Origin: Paraphysomonas bandaiensis
Lineage: Eukaryota; Protista; Chrysophyceae
Length of the DNA: 64,000 nt
Assembly: GCA_965644295.1 (NCBI GenBank)
Contig: CBFFRP010000147.1
Location: forward strand, 1 to 64,000
Direction of reading: 5' to 3'
The stretch's first letter is position 1. Every line of letters begins with the position of its first letter. The notes beneath the pieces were generated by a model, which was given only the letters and a program-made list of their open reading frames with translations, was not told the DNA's origin and did no database searches. Below, piece after piece: positions 12,152 through 25,644 of the stretch. Position numbers and translations under genes: made by a program.

Positions 12152-12654
12152 TGACACTCTCGTCGTAGTTGACTATGAAACGCGGCTCGAAAAGATATCA
12201 CAGAAGTGTTTTCGCTATATATGATCCATGTATGCCATGCTGTGCAGAGATGCAGCCTGGCTGTGCTGGTGTGGGGAGATCAGCCAATCACAGAAATGGG
12301 GAGAAAAACGCCGATATCAACAATACCGGCTGATGTGGAACAATATCCAGATATCTCCCATTTTCTTGAAGTCCGCTACCATAAAACAGGACAAATTGTT
12401 CCAGAATGTGTCCGTATTTTTTACAATGTTAGAAGTGCTTGTACATATGTCGATTATGCGGCAGGAATTCCTGCGTACAGTGTATAGCTACGAGTATATG
12501 GTATACCTGGTAGGTATACCATCAGATTTTTGGGCCGAGGATACTGCGAGGTCAGATTGCTTGGAGTTGCTTGTTAGTAGAGTCTCATATTCACTTCAAG
12601 CTCAACTAGAATCAATCAAACGAAGGCTAAGCATTGCCAACTCTGATCTGAATC

Positions 12655-13056
12655 ATGAACAAACTGATGTGCATAGTTTTAATTGTTTTCTTCACAGTGT
12701 TAAGCACCAGTTACAGTTTGGACACCTGTCCACAAGGAGATTCTTATTCGCGAGTGGTGACACAGGCACTGGGAGTGTGTGGTATCGACACGACGTATAT
12801 TAACACCAACCTGCAAAAGTTACGTTTAATTATGTTTGGTCAGTTATTTAATAGCTTCGCTCCTTTATCAGTTGTTTGTGTTGCCTTCGCGTTTGGTATA
12901 GGCTTGGGAAGTTGCTACCTTAACGAACAAAGGAGCACAACTGTAGGTGATATTCACCACGTAGAACAGGGTAAAAAATTGACGAGCGCTCGTCCTTTCG
13001 GCTCGTCAACTACTTCGGAAATTTTGCTGCCTGTTCGTCCCCCAAAGACGCAATGA
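12655..13056 (+). CDS. Small hypothetical protein with signal-peptide-like N terminus and one TM-like segment
   Basis: MNKLMCIVLIVFFTVLSTSYS... and hydrophobic LSVVCVAFAFGIGLG; no known family recognised. Confidence 0.35.
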   Translation: MNKLMCIVLIVFFTVLSTSYSLDTCPQGDSYSRVVTQALGVCGIDTTYINTNLQKLRLIMFGQLFNSFAPLSVVCVAFAFGIGLGSCYLNEQRSTTVGDIHHVEQGKKLTSARPFGSSTTSEILLPVRPPKTQ

Positions 13057-13589
13057 AATATCGCTAGAATAAAACGGAGGCTGGGGCCACATGATGCTCT
13101 TGTATATATCCAATATGTATAGACTATATGAACTATGCTTTTTTTCAAAGTTAATACAGTCTTATGAGATATAGAGGCATGTGAGTGTGATTAGAAATAA
13201 ACTGGCCAGTACAAAGATCACTAAGGTTTAAGGATGATTACAGTAGATAGGCCAGACAATGTAGAAGTGCTACATCCAACTAAATATACCGATTTTTGTT
13301 GATATATTGATTACAATATACTCAGCTCTAACACTTGTAGTTGATACAATAGCCTGTAATTTACTTTATTCAGTAGAACTGATACTACATGACACTAGAA
13401 TATACGCAGTAGTTAAATCTCCTCATGGTCAAAGGCTATGTCGGGGAGAAATGTATACCCTTTCTTTAACTTATTTACTACTTGTTTATAAGAGTGCCAT
13501 CTCGATTTAGTAGTTCCTTACATACACGTCTACCGCTAATAATAATACATTCAATATTTGACGCATGGCTCCGACAGCGGAAATATAAT

Positions 13590-13741
13590 TGTTCCCACTA
13601 AATTTTGCGGGCGTTCTTATTAAATTAAAAATGACATCTGAGCCTACCAAAATTTTCAGACATTATCGATTCTGCAGACATCAATACGGCTCACTGCCAT
13701 TTTAAGTTTAGTACGAATATCTGCAAAATTTAGTCGGAACA
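13590..13741. repeat. Imperfect inverted repeat with ~55-bp arms, MITE-like
   Basis: TGTTCCCACTAAATTTTGC...TGAGCC (13590-13644) pairs with GGCTCA...GCAAAATTTAGTCGGAACA (13688-13741). Confidence 0.6.
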
Positions 13742-14528
13742 AATGGCACTTTTTAGTTTTGTAGGAGCAAATGGAAATTTAGTTTGTTTAGAAATGACAT
13801 CGACTCCGACATTTCTGCTAGCCTTCTACGTCATTTGTCAAAACTCTCATTGATGACCTCCGCCTAGTATGTATCTTATTCTGTGCTTCTTATATATCAC
13901 ATCACACACCACTTCCGCAGTCTGATCATCTGTCCCAACGTGATGCAGTGTTGAAGTGTTGCAGTGTGAAATGGTCAATCCGGACCTACATGTTTCCAAA
14001 CCTATTGGTACTTGATCTCAATATGTCTTGGATAACGCAAAAACGATTTACGATATAGTTTTTTTAAGGGCACGAGGATTACTAATTACCAATATTATCC
14101 ACTAAATTACCAATCAACAACAACAGCGATCCTACTTAAAGTCAGTTACTGGATTCGTCTTATAGTAATCCACATTATGTAGATTGTTTTTTACGTTTTT
14201 CCTTTGCTAAATTAGGATTGTTGCATATTTCGTTGCTTATCTCACAGTTATTCCTAATTATTGAAGTATTATAGATTGCCTTTGCCTAATACAGTTCGCT
14301 ATAAAAGTTTGTTGCTACTGTTTTTATTTATAAATAGGTCTAGTATTAAATCTTACTCCCTAACCCTAAAATTGCTTCATTTACTGGCAGCCTGGCGCAG
14401 CGCAAACTCGCAAATTCTTCGATCCAACGACCAACGACAGATATAGTTGAACTTCGAAGAGGCATTTTCCTATCTTACAGTATTAACATGTCTATGCATC
14501 GGAGAAAAATCAAAGCCATTATGCTGGC

Positions 14529-15003
14529 ATATATATATTGAAAGTCTTATCATTAGCAATAGACGTTAAAAACCTGTACCAACTTAATAGCTAGATGAAT
14601 GCTAGACAAACTAGTTAGATCTCTACCTGTAACTATAATCAGTACACACATTTTATCGTACTATTTAACACTACGGAAGCTGCTTGTGCGTCACAGCAAG
14701 CACCAAGGTGCGACCACTTCCGCTCTGAGTTCTTGAGGTGAACATCCCGGGTGTTTGACTTCAGCAGGCAGCCCAATATCCCGGTTACCCTTCAGGCGGG
14801 CCCTGTCCCGGATGCCCTTGAGGTGGGCCCATTCCCGGGCGCCTGTTTATTCGTCAGGGCCCAAAGACGTCTACACAAGTGACACTACTTATTGGTGTCT
14901 CTTGTACCACAAAAGCATTCGGCTATGAGTGGGCAGAAGAATATCTGCTGACTATGTTTGCGGCTCACGTCAGAACACCACGAAAAGGTGCGAGTGTTGA
15001 GGG
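14529..15003 (-). mobile_element. Family S copy with both ends and internal deletions
   Basis: (TA)n tail at left, GTTGAGGG at right; degenerate TSD CATTATGCTGG / CATTTTGGTGG. Confidence 0.8.
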
Positions 15004-15371
15004 CATTTTGGTGGTAACTAGAAGTGAGACGACATGGTAGCAAACAGTGTAGATTACAGATATAAATTTAGAGTGCAGAAAAGATATGAAGGGATGGAGA
15101 AAAGCTTAAGAGATAACTCTGGAGCTTAGTTCATGACTGCGCAAACCAATCCTGTTTTCATGAAATCCAATGATACAATTAATTATTCACGTAATCGCTC
15201 AGTTAACTATCAATATCTACACGTTACTGCTAATCTCCAAATGTGTTACCATACTGCTGTAGCAACTGCCATATAACAAGCACATCAAATATACCACTGC
15301 TGAGCTACCACAATATCAGTTACAAACTATATTCCACACACTCCTACCGTAGCGTGAAGTATACAAGAATA

Positions 15372-17130
15372 TCAAAAACTATGCACACCTTTCAAGTAAC
15401 TAACATGTGGTGCTATGTAGAGCAAGGCTATCGGTACGGCCATGCTTACCATCCCCATCCACATAACCACCATAGGAAAGTTATAACGGCTATACAAACA
15501 TGACGTTATGTAGGGTATGAACGAGACCCCTACGCTTGAACCAATCATAATGATGGACGTCGACTTCGCAGAAGGGTAGGAAAGTCTGTTCGCAATATTG
15601 AAGCAGAATCCCACGGTGATAGCACTACTGAAACCGAACAGCGTTACACCGATCCATAGTACGTCCCTGGAGTCCGGGAACAAAATAACTAGCAACATGC
15701 CCAACACCCCTAACATCAACACAACTGTGGTCAATCGTGACAGTGACTTATCACTAATGTCTATCTGAGCGAATATTCCAGCAACATTGGCCACGGTGGC
15801 TGACATGAAAAAAACCATAAGCAATACAGCTTTGTAGTCACTGCTTAACACAGGTGTATCATCAACATAGGTCTCCAAATATATTGCAAAAGCCGTGCCA
15901 CCACCAATTATGAACAAGATCATAAGAGCTACTACGGCGTCGGAATAATAGTGTGGCGGAACCACAGGGACCACACTATCGCCCACGTCATCGATGTCGC
16001 TAACGCATCCATCCACCACCTTATCGAAAGTACCATGACTAGTGGCCGCGTCGTCTCTGCAGAGGATAGGACGCGCCTCGGAAGGAAAATTTGAGCTATC
16101 TGAGCCTTCTCTGATTCTATGAAGGTCGCTAGCACTGCGCATAAGAATAACTTCCTTCTCTGTCGTTAGGGACGTGTAAAAACATGATGAGGAGAACGAA
16201 GACACAGATGCCACTGGGGTCATGAAGAATGTGTCTTCAACATCGTAGTCGCACTCACCCTCCCGGCTCCCCCGACTCAGACTCCTGACAGCTGACCGGA
16301 AAAGATGGTCCGCAGTAGCAGACGCTGGATCAGGGGGCTTGATACTGTTGCTATTGCTGCTTGGAGAGCATGTACTCGAGTGGATATCCTCCTTTAGTTT
16401 CGGCAACGCTCTAAGCCACAATAAACCCAAAAGGATAACAACACAGTAAACGCCAAACTGATTCAACAGAGAGGCAAAAACCATCTGCACAGCGGGAACG
16501 ACCACACCGGCAGATACTAACGCTGCCCTACATCATCAGTCCCTTGGTAAGATACGTAGTGAATATAGGGGCAACCTACCCAAGTGCTCCAAGCCACGGC
16601 CCCGCGTTTTTGTGATGGATCTTCCTTATGAGCAAGATGCTACCAGCACTAATTAGACTTGTTAAAACGCCAACTAAAAAGTAGGCTATGTGAAGGTTCA
16701 TTAGGTTTTCTATGAATGGTATCCATGCCATCACCATAACCGTTGCAACGTATGTCGCCATTAGAGATCCAACAGCGTTAAGATGCGTGAATATAGGGGC
16801 AGAAAAGAATGATCCTAAGACACTCCCAAACCCACGTGCAACGTAAACGGATGCAATGTCAGTAGAGTTCTTTCCGACGTTTTGCGCGATGTCCTGCACA
16901 GAAGCACCTGTAGAAACACACACATATCACAACCCGCAGAGAACATGAGACAAGTGCTAACCTAACGCAGCTATGACTAGACCACAAACTACATAACAAC
17001 TCAGGAGACCGAAATTAACAAACCAGAAATCTACTCCGCTGTACTCGCAGTCCTCTTTATCTGGTTTAGGAGGGGCGATTTTGAATCGATAAGGGCGCGG
17101 AGACATCCTTCCGCTCTCCACGTCAGGCAT
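15372..17130 (-). CDS. MFS transporter, MFSD4-like; 3 exons (17130-16962, 16907-16580, 16527-15372)
   Basis: Many hydrophobic segments in two halves around a long hydrophilic loop; GT-AG introns join the ORFs in frame. Confidence 0.82.
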
Positions 17131-18497
17131 GTTAACTACTTGCGCTATCAAATACAGTAGTATATATGACAATTTCCACTTGTTATTAGCGGGGATTCTT
17201 CTAGCCGGTCTACATGCGTGTTAAACCTCCAGATAGCATCAGACCGCATTCATCCATTGGTGGTGAGAGCATCAAAATTTGAATAAGTTCTTCGGAATAT
17301 CGCGAAATCGTGAAAAATTCAGGAAATCTGACATAATAATCGCCAACATTTTTGAGTTTTACTTAAAAACTCACTTTACGTGTTTTGTAGTGAAAAAATA
17401 TGGTATTTTCATCATGCTATGCTCCTCGTTATTATGCGAAGTGTCCACAAGATGTGGACACAGCACAGCACTGTCCAATAAAACACACATCCATAAACAA
17501 TTTCAATACAGTGAGTTGAACAACTTGTTGGGTGGGAAGGATAAGGGTGTAAAGTATGTTGACAATGCGTTCACTGGCAGGAGCATAAGAACTTCAAGAT
17601 ATACATCCAAGAAAAACTTTATACGCAGTTACATGTAATATTTGGTGTGGTTCAGTGATACATGCGGTTGAGGAAGTGATTAGTCCCAGCACTATTCCTT
17701 AATAGCGAGAGCACAAAAGATGTGACTAAATAGTAGTATAATTCAATAGACTACTCGACGTATCACTGATTTCGTGTACAAGATCCATACAACTGACTAT
17801 TACAGAATACAGAAGTGGAGGAGAGGCTTTTGATAATTTAATTTTATATTCAAAGAGAATTGAGAGAAGAGGAAAGGTGCAACGATAATGAATGCTTTTG
17901 TTATTGCATAATATTTCACTAAGCCACTCTGTATGCTCGTTGTGACATCTAAATCTAAATTCCTTGTCCAGATGTTCTTGTGTACCAAGCACATGCATTG
18001 ACTTAACTAGAAAACTTGATTGCGACATATTCTTATACTACATTTACCGGTACTAACGTTTCTTTATTCAAAGAAACCACATGCAAAGATATTGATTATA
18101 AATGCACATTATGACGTACTCTGCTAACTAAAAGCTAAAGCACATGTATAAAATATAAGGTAATCTCAAAGTAAAAACTCCATTTTCAATACAAGCAAAT
18201 ACCAAATGCACGCAGCTGTACCACACATTTGAAGTAATATAAAGGAACTGACTCATAGGCAACACATGACGCAATGGCTCGCAAATGAGATGCGACTGTT
18301 AACCAATAACAGCTACAAAGCTTCTCTCACGGACATACCCAATCCGCTAGAACTATGCATTAACTGTGAGAGTCCTTCATACGATTTATAAGACCAAATA
18401 TCTCATTTCTAGTCAGCCTTGAAAACCTGCCCGCCGCACTAGTCAGGCGGTTTCCCCTAGAGTCAGATCCTGTCCATACTACATACACCTGTATACA

Positions 18498-18890
18498 CTA
18501 CATTGGCGGACTACATGTGTCGCATACGAGTCGTTTATCAGTGCACAGTACAAAAACATTGTCACAAGTTGAATTCTTGCAAGCGGCACTTACATGAAGC
18601 TCACATAATGTGACAGTTTTACCGCCTTCAATACATTCTCTGTCCTCTATAGCGCACGCATTACCACCATCGCCGATGGAATTACCCATATAGTCATATG
18701 TGTTAGGCAGACAGGCGTTTGAATCACACCATTTGCAGTGATCATCCCAATATATGCCCTGCGATTGAATAATAAATAAATTTTGACTAATAGTAAAATC
18801 GTAAATTCTTTCGAGCAACTCCATGGGCATCACTTTTTCATAATGTAAAAGAGTGGAGACTAACCGTGACCTTCCCTCTGTCCATAACAA
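18498..18890 (-). CDS. Hypothetical Cys-rich protein or exon with weak F-box-like motif
   Basis: MPMELLERIYDF followed by CKWC...CELH...CKNSTC...CDTC; gene structure unresolved. Confidence 0.3.
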   Translation of the reverse strand: MLWTEGRSRLVSTLLHYEKVMPMELLERIYDFTISQNLFIIQSQGIYWDDHCKWCDSNACLPNTYDYMGNSIGDGGNACAIEDRECIEGGKTVTLCELHVSAACKNSTCDNVFVLCTDKRLVCDTCSPPM

Positions 18891-19938
18891 CTATCGCCAT
18901 CAGAAGAGGAAAAGTCACACCTCGTTCTACACCAGTTGTCACTTTTCGGAACACCTACATGGGGTAGTTAATGCGTGTGTGCATGTCCTTCTAGTGGATA
19001 AACGACCTTTTGTAGTGAAGTCACTCCCATGGCTGCGACGCTGACACCGACAGCATTATTAGCTTCGAAGTGAAGGCCCAATTTACTCAACATCACATCT
19101 GCAGTATAATTCGATGAGGTCCAGCCTAAACAACCGATGCGCACAATATAGATATATGAGATGTTACGATGGCATGTTGTCAACATAGACGTACTGTGAC
19201 GGATATTCACACTGGACACCTCGTCAACAGCGGGACTGGACACTGTCGAAATATAACTCCCACTTTCATTCCAGTTAATGGGACTTAGAAATACGCATAG
19301 TGGCACTCGTTCACCCACTCCAGCCTATATAATACATTTCATATTGCTACTGATCCTGATATGGTTTCACTAACCCGACCCTCAAACTCACATGTCGACA
19401 ACACGAACTTGTAGTTAAACACACAGATCAACAGCAGTGAGAGTGCGATGCATATAGAAGTCATGTTGTGGCCATCAACATGTGTTACCTCTGCTATGCT
19501 ATGCTATGATATGATAAGCTGTGGTGCTATTCTTAGTGCTAGCCTGCCTGTTAATGATTGTGTAGGATGTACAGGAGCAGCAGGCATATCAACCCTCTCT
19601 GCACTGCTGTATACCTTTGTATGCTCAGTATACAGTTGTAGACATATGAGGCAGTGGAGTGCGACTGCATATGTCTGAGGACGATAATGTGAGCGTACAA
19701 TACCATATCATACAGTGCTGTAGGATCCCTACCCACGTCGCACTGCTGGACGGCCATTACGTTGAAGATAGTAGAGGGGCGAGTGGTATTCCTCTACTTA
19801 ACATGCACTCAATTCTCTCTGCCCTCATCACATCAGCGTGCAATAAGCGAATGTCCCTAGAATAAAATCACATATCAGTAGCATAGCATATATACATACG
19901 TAAGCAGATAAACGGTCATCGTAAGAGCTTGTTCGGTT

Positions 19939-21764
19939 ATGTCGCAGTCAGACTCGCAGGTATTAGACGAACAATACATTCGGCGCGCGCAGACAGCAGA
20001 TGCCATAAAGCGCGGTCTACATGTGGTGCACCTCTTTGAGAACCAGCGATACAGACTGTTCTTCGGGTGGTCGGGCACTCGGCCGTCATCAGCAGACCCC
20101 ACGCGATTCACGTATGCCTCTGGGGGCGAGTGCACTCCCTTCACGGACCTTGGTTCTATAGTTTGTCCACCTGGGTGGCGATGGCATGATAGTTGGACAA
20201 CGAATCAGCAATATATTTGTACCGATGATAGTGGGTGGAGCTATGGTACGTCCTTCGCAATCTTGGCAGCGAGGCTTCGTAGAAATATGGAATCTTCAAG
20301 TTCACCTACCATAAGACAGTGTACCAGGCGAAGGCTGTGGGCGCGACATCTCCAGAGAATTGACGGTCGTGATGGTTAGTATCTGTGTTTGTTACGCACG
20401 CCAGTGCTATATTGCATATATGTGTAATTGTTGTCGCAGAGTACATACCCATTACAGATTCTACTCCCATTTCTTCATCAATAGATGACGTCTACGACTT
20501 GACGGAGGATGTGTTGGGGAAGGGTGGATTTTCAACCGTTAAACTAGCTACCATGCGCTTTACTAAGAATAAGGTGGCTGTAAAATGCCTTGACTTGAAT
20601 GTGCTCGCCCCCGAAGATGTAGAGGATGCGTACAACGAAGTATCCATCCTCCGTACTTTGCACAACCCCAATATAGTTAGCATATACGACATATTCCGAG
20701 ACCACTCCTATATGTATATAGTGCTTGAGTATGTGGCGGGAGGTGAACTGTTTGACCGCATCATACAAAAGGAAGTATATGTCGAGAACGAGGCGAGAGA
20801 TATATTAAAAGTCCTTCTCACTGCCATAGATTATATGCACCAACATAATGTAGTACACAGTAAGTACATCAATCATGTGCCAACGTATTGCCGCTGACGG
20901 TACCTGTGTAACTTGTGTGTAGGAGATATCAAGCCTGAGAATATCCTCATGTTGAGCCACAATGACGACGCCGCAATCAAGATAACCGACTTCGGGTTCG
21001 CTGCCGTGTGTACAAGTGACAAGTGTTTGCGAAATCCTTGTGGTACTCCCCAGTATGTTGCCCCAGAGGTTCTACAAGGATTGCCGTACGGGTTTCCTGT
21101 GGACATATGGGCTATAGGGGTAGTAGCGTACATCTTGCTCGCCGGGTATCCCCCGTTTTATCACGATGATGATGCGAAGCTCTTCAAGATAATCATGAGA
21201 GGAAAGTTCGTGTTTCATGAGGAGACATGGGGGGTAGTGTCTGCCCAGGCCAAAAATTTCATTACATGCATGTTAAACCCCGACCCCACAGCCAGACACA
21301 CTGCTCGGCAGCTTCTCAACCACCCCTGGGTAAGGAACGCGTGTTTATGTAATCATATGATGTTGTTGCCGGTGTTTACTGGAATGTTCATTTTGTGTTA
21401 TGTTACTGTAGTTCGCTGGAAGCGATCCTCCAGAGGATGCCACCTTAGACCAAACCCTGGAAAACTTAAAGAAGTTTCAAGCTCTAAAAAAATTTCGCGT
21501 TGCCGCCAAAGCGGTAAGAATATGAAGACGTATCTAAGATTTCCCCTGATCACCATTTTTGTTGTGTTAAAGGTCGTTGCTGTGAAAAAGCTGACAGGTA
21601 TTACGAAAAAGTTATCTTTAAGGTGGTTGGCAGCAGAGGCGAAGGCAGAGGCTGCATCAAAGGGTAGCAATGATAAAGAGTCCAGTAGAACAAGCACACC
21701 TACTGAAACAGGAAGTGATCCAGTAGCCACGCCCGAGCAAATTGAAGTTATGGTAGATAACTGA
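19939..21764 (+). CDS. CaMK-family Ser/Thr kinase with N-terminal dysferlin (DysF)-like domain; 5 exons (19939-20374, 20440-20859, 20923-21329, 21412-21513, 21573-21764)
   Basis: FENQR..GW, PPGWRW, GWSYG, RRRLW.R (DysF). Kinase motifs GKGGFS, VAVK, HRDIKPEN (across a splice junction), DFG, GTPQYVAPE; calmodulin-binding-like LKKFQALKKFRVAAKAV. Confidence 0.88.
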
Positions 21765-22466
21765 TTTGATGCGATTTTGTTAGGAGTTACGTAATTTGCA
21801 TCGTGTCTAGAATGTGATGATGCATATCACATTAACATTTAGTTATTGTACCAACTAGAATCGGCAATATAAAAAGTAACTAGAATGTCAGAGGAGGTTT
21901 GTATAGAACTGTGTCGGCTAATAAATATATTCAGTACTCACTTTCTACCACTAACACATAAAAGTTTCCGAGGTTGTGCCCTTGTAACGTGCTGGTGTTG
22001 ATTAAACTAAGCAATGCATAGATTTTTATTAAAGTCCCCACGAATTATTTGCGTGTGGCGCCGAGCAAGCTCCAGCCAGATCTTCTCAACAATATAAAAC
22101 GTAATATTTGGGAGAAGGTTTCACAATAGAACTATGTGGATTAATAATAAGCATTTGGTACTCACTTTCTACCACTGACATATAAAATTACTGTCAATAA
22201 GTTCGGAACCCCCACACATAAAGATATACTGAAAACGGTTGATTTTGAAACCAATTTGCAGTTTATTTGATATTTGATGCATTATGGCTTCAAAATGTTC
22301 AAGATGCCTGCTCCGCATCATACAAAATACAAAATACTACTAATTCGGGGAGCATCAAACACAAGCTTTTCTACATTATTTCTATTCGATTTCTATTTTT
22401 GACCAGATAGTTCAACCAATCTGGTTGAATGGAGGTTGAATAATACAACATCCCACTCGACTACAA

Positions 22467-22551
22467 CTCACGTTAATTTCCCAGAGAAATATCTCCCGTA
22501 TTTATCCCCCAGAACACCACAAAAATGTTGGAGTCCGACTTTGTTGAGGGA
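22467..22551 (-). mobile_element. Isolated 5' domain of family S
   Basis: CTCACGTTAATTTCCCAGAG...GAGTCCGACTTTGTTGAGGGA matches the family 5' end. Confidence 0.65.
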
Positions 22552-22585
22552 GATAACCAAGTAAATACAGATACTTACATTACTA

Positions 22586-22654
22586 CAGGGCCACTGTAAT
22601 AATGGGAACATTATATATGCCCATTAATGGGTCATTATATGTCACCAGGCCCTG
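22586..22654. mobile_element. Diverged copy of the CAGGGCC...GGCCCTG mini-MITE
   Basis: Same termini and CATTAATGG core as 36246-36320. Confidence 0.5.
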
Positions 22655-24164
22655 TGTTATTTTATAAGTTGTGTCAATAAATTATAAAAATATTGTGGAA
22701 CAAAAATATAACTGCGAATCAGAAAGTATAATATTATACAACTAGCCACCTGTCAGGCGTCAATAATTGTGCCCTGTTTATATTCGAACTCTAAGACTCT
22801 TCCCAAACTATTCGATTAGGGTTAGGGTAAGGGTTAGGCAGCAAGAATCTTAATACGAATAGATAAAAATAGAAAACTATTCTTTGTACGACAGTCGTGG
22901 CGACATATCCAACGACAACCCGGAGGAAGAGTTGCCAGCAGGGTAAGTAATACTGTTCATAAAGATGATGGCGGGGTCATCGAATCCCAGCAGAAAGCAG
23001 ATCTCATACCTCCCGCTGTTGCTGAACTTCGTCCGGACTAGCAGAACTTCGTGATCTTTTGATGAGAAAACATTATAGGACCACCTGCTTATTATGATTC
23101 TCCACCTACTACTAATGTGCCCCCAACGGCTGTTGCCGCGTCGTCTCCGAGCATAGGTACTAATACTACTACTTACAGTAGTAGTGGTGAAGATAGCTTT
23201 ATGCGTATGCATTGTATCCAAAATGAGGCTATTCGGTTGGAGCGTTTGCAATCTCAAGAGAGGCAAATGCAGCTATATGTGAGAAAATATGATTACAAAA
23301 CACAAGTGGCAGGGCCAACTTGTAATGCAATAAATATTGCTAATAACAACTATAATTGCAACCTTTTCTTTATCCTTAACCTCTCAGATAAAAATTACAG
23401 TAAAATAATAACTCAATACTTAGATATGAAACCTGGTGAAATCGCTTTACCAGGTTTTGGTATTACCTCGACTTTGTCTCAGTACTCGACCAACAGCTCT
23501 TCACCATGAATAGGACTCTTAGGATTTCAACTCACTCATAGAATCTTAATGTCAAGTACATGTAAGCATGTTTATACAGCCACACCAAGGTTATACAGAC
23601 CTTTTCCATACTAGCCATAGGTAGGAGGCGCCTTTAGAATTTTCTTTTGTGGTAATACAGGAATCACTTCTTGGCAGCCTCCACATGAAAGCAGTGCACA
23701 GCAACATCTCTAGCACGTTGTTTGCCGCCTGTTGATTAATCTTCTTGCGCCTTAAGTCTTGAAGTTACATCCTGGAAGCAGAGCAACATGGAGTTTCTTT
23801 TTCTTGGGAGTTTATATGGCTCCTCTATTTGCTACCAGAAATAATACTGCATGAAGTGTCTCTGGTTACACACGCTTACACAATATTGAATTACCGCTCT
23901 AAAGTATTGGATATAGAACCTGCATTTAAAAATATATATATTTTATGAACTAATTTTTGTTTTGCGTACATAATACAAGAAGTCTATTTGGAAAAGAACT
24001 CGATACACCGCAAATTATAGTACATAACGCAGGTAGCATTGATACAAAGAAAACGTTGTTACTAGTTACTAGTACTTCAGTAAAGTCACGACAATTATTA
24101 AAGCAACGGATTTGTATGAATGCACAGTTAGAATACAACTAATGCGGTGTGTAAAGCAAAGGTA

Positions 24165-25150
24165 TTAGCGATGCTCTTTTACTATTGCTGCCCAGTACTT
24201 GCATACACATCCCACAGCACCACTGCCACGTAGATAGTCCAGGACCTTTCCAAGTAGTTCTTTGTTTAAAGTCCTAAACATGACACATATATTAAGCCAC
24301 ATCGTAACATAACACTCTATTGTTGTCGCTGGCATACTTATATAAAACACAATGTTCGTCTTATTTGGTTGTCATAATTGGCAGTCAAGAGATACCTAAT
24401 GCAAAGTCCGTTGATGCGACTCTCGCTCTCCTGTAAGCGACGGGTCAGAGATGCACTCTCTTGTGCTGAGGCAGTAACTTGGGCTAGCTTGCTCTCTATC
24501 TTCGCCTTGATTTCGTCAAACTGTCGCTTGAGCTCGGGGATCTCTGCCTTAAGAGCTCGCTCTTTGTCAAGAGTGTGGGACAGCTGCAGCTGAAGATAGC
24601 GCAATTCATCTAGCGATCCATATAGCATTGATCGCGCCTTAGTTGACCTAGCTTGATCAGCAACTGCAAACGAAGGCTACGAGTGGTGTTATACAGCTCA
24701 GAAGTGATGCGATGCTTTCATACCTGCCTAACTTCAACAGAGTAGGACAGTTTCTTGGGTGTCAGCCACGAAAAAGAATTGTCCCAGTATAAGCATACAG
24801 CTCCTTCACTGGGAGCTTTAAATGCCCCAGATATAGGTTCAATATTGCTCGGTACACGATGCTCCTCAAGAACTTCTACTTCCTCGCCTTCGTTAGGTTC
24901 AAAGCTTATTCCGAACCCGATGTCTCCAGCAGTTGTACTGAAGGTGTAGCTCACAGTTGAGCCCGGTAATGAAACAGGGATATCAAGCTTCCAATTCCAG
25001 TGAACAACGATATCAGTTGATGTATAATTGAAGGTGTCCGATGCAGCCTACGCATATCACTGAGCCACTTGATAATCTACATACAGAAACTACCTCATCG
25101 AAGTTGACAAAGCTGCTGTCCAGATCACGAAACAGGGAATCATCAGCCAT
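24165..25150 (-). CDS. GOLD-domain / coiled-coil protein with C-terminal F-box-like motif; 4 exons (25150-25094, 25047-24724, 24676-24396, 24273-24165)
   Basis: YTFST..GDIGFGI...G...LYWDNSFSWLTPKKLSY (GOLD-like); heptad-rich exon 3; in-frame GT-AG introns. Confidence 0.8.
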
Positions 25151-25644
25151 CTTAAGTTCTTAATAGGCCCAAGAGACTACTCTAATGGATTAGAGGGTGT
25201 TTAGATGAAGCAGATCGCACCCCCCCCAATAGCCACAGCAGAAGATCACGACATCTCACTCATACAGGCAGAGTACATCAGCATTCCTACAGGTACACAA
25301 TACACTCCATACTGCTGCCTGCTGTACACTGCTGTCGGCTGTGCACCTATAAAACAAACCGCTTTTTTTGTTTTTGGACTGGGATTTCAACGACAAAAAT
25401 ATAAAGAAATTGGAACATTGTATTCTACGTATGCCGAGTGTAGAATACAGAACACCACTACTGTTCTAGCAGAAGAGTTCAATATGTACCATACATACAC
25501 ACACCTAGCTACATATCTGGATGTGTGTGTGTACAGCTAGTGGGTGTATGTATGTATATATGGAACAGCGTTGAGTGTTCATCATTAACTTCACCACGCG
25601 CCCTATTCACACATTGAACCTACATCATCTAGAATCTATTGACA

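Noticed and set aside
12135-12185. Hammerhead-like TGATGA...GAAAC
   Set aside because: Core starts GTGATGA rather than CTGATGA and no supporting stems were found.
21903-22188. ~65-bp diverged direct repeat
   Set aside because: Short, degenerate and without element hallmarks.
22877-23830. Gene or transposase relic (similar debris at ~60900-61300)
   Set aside because: Many stops and no motif I can assign; left unannotated.
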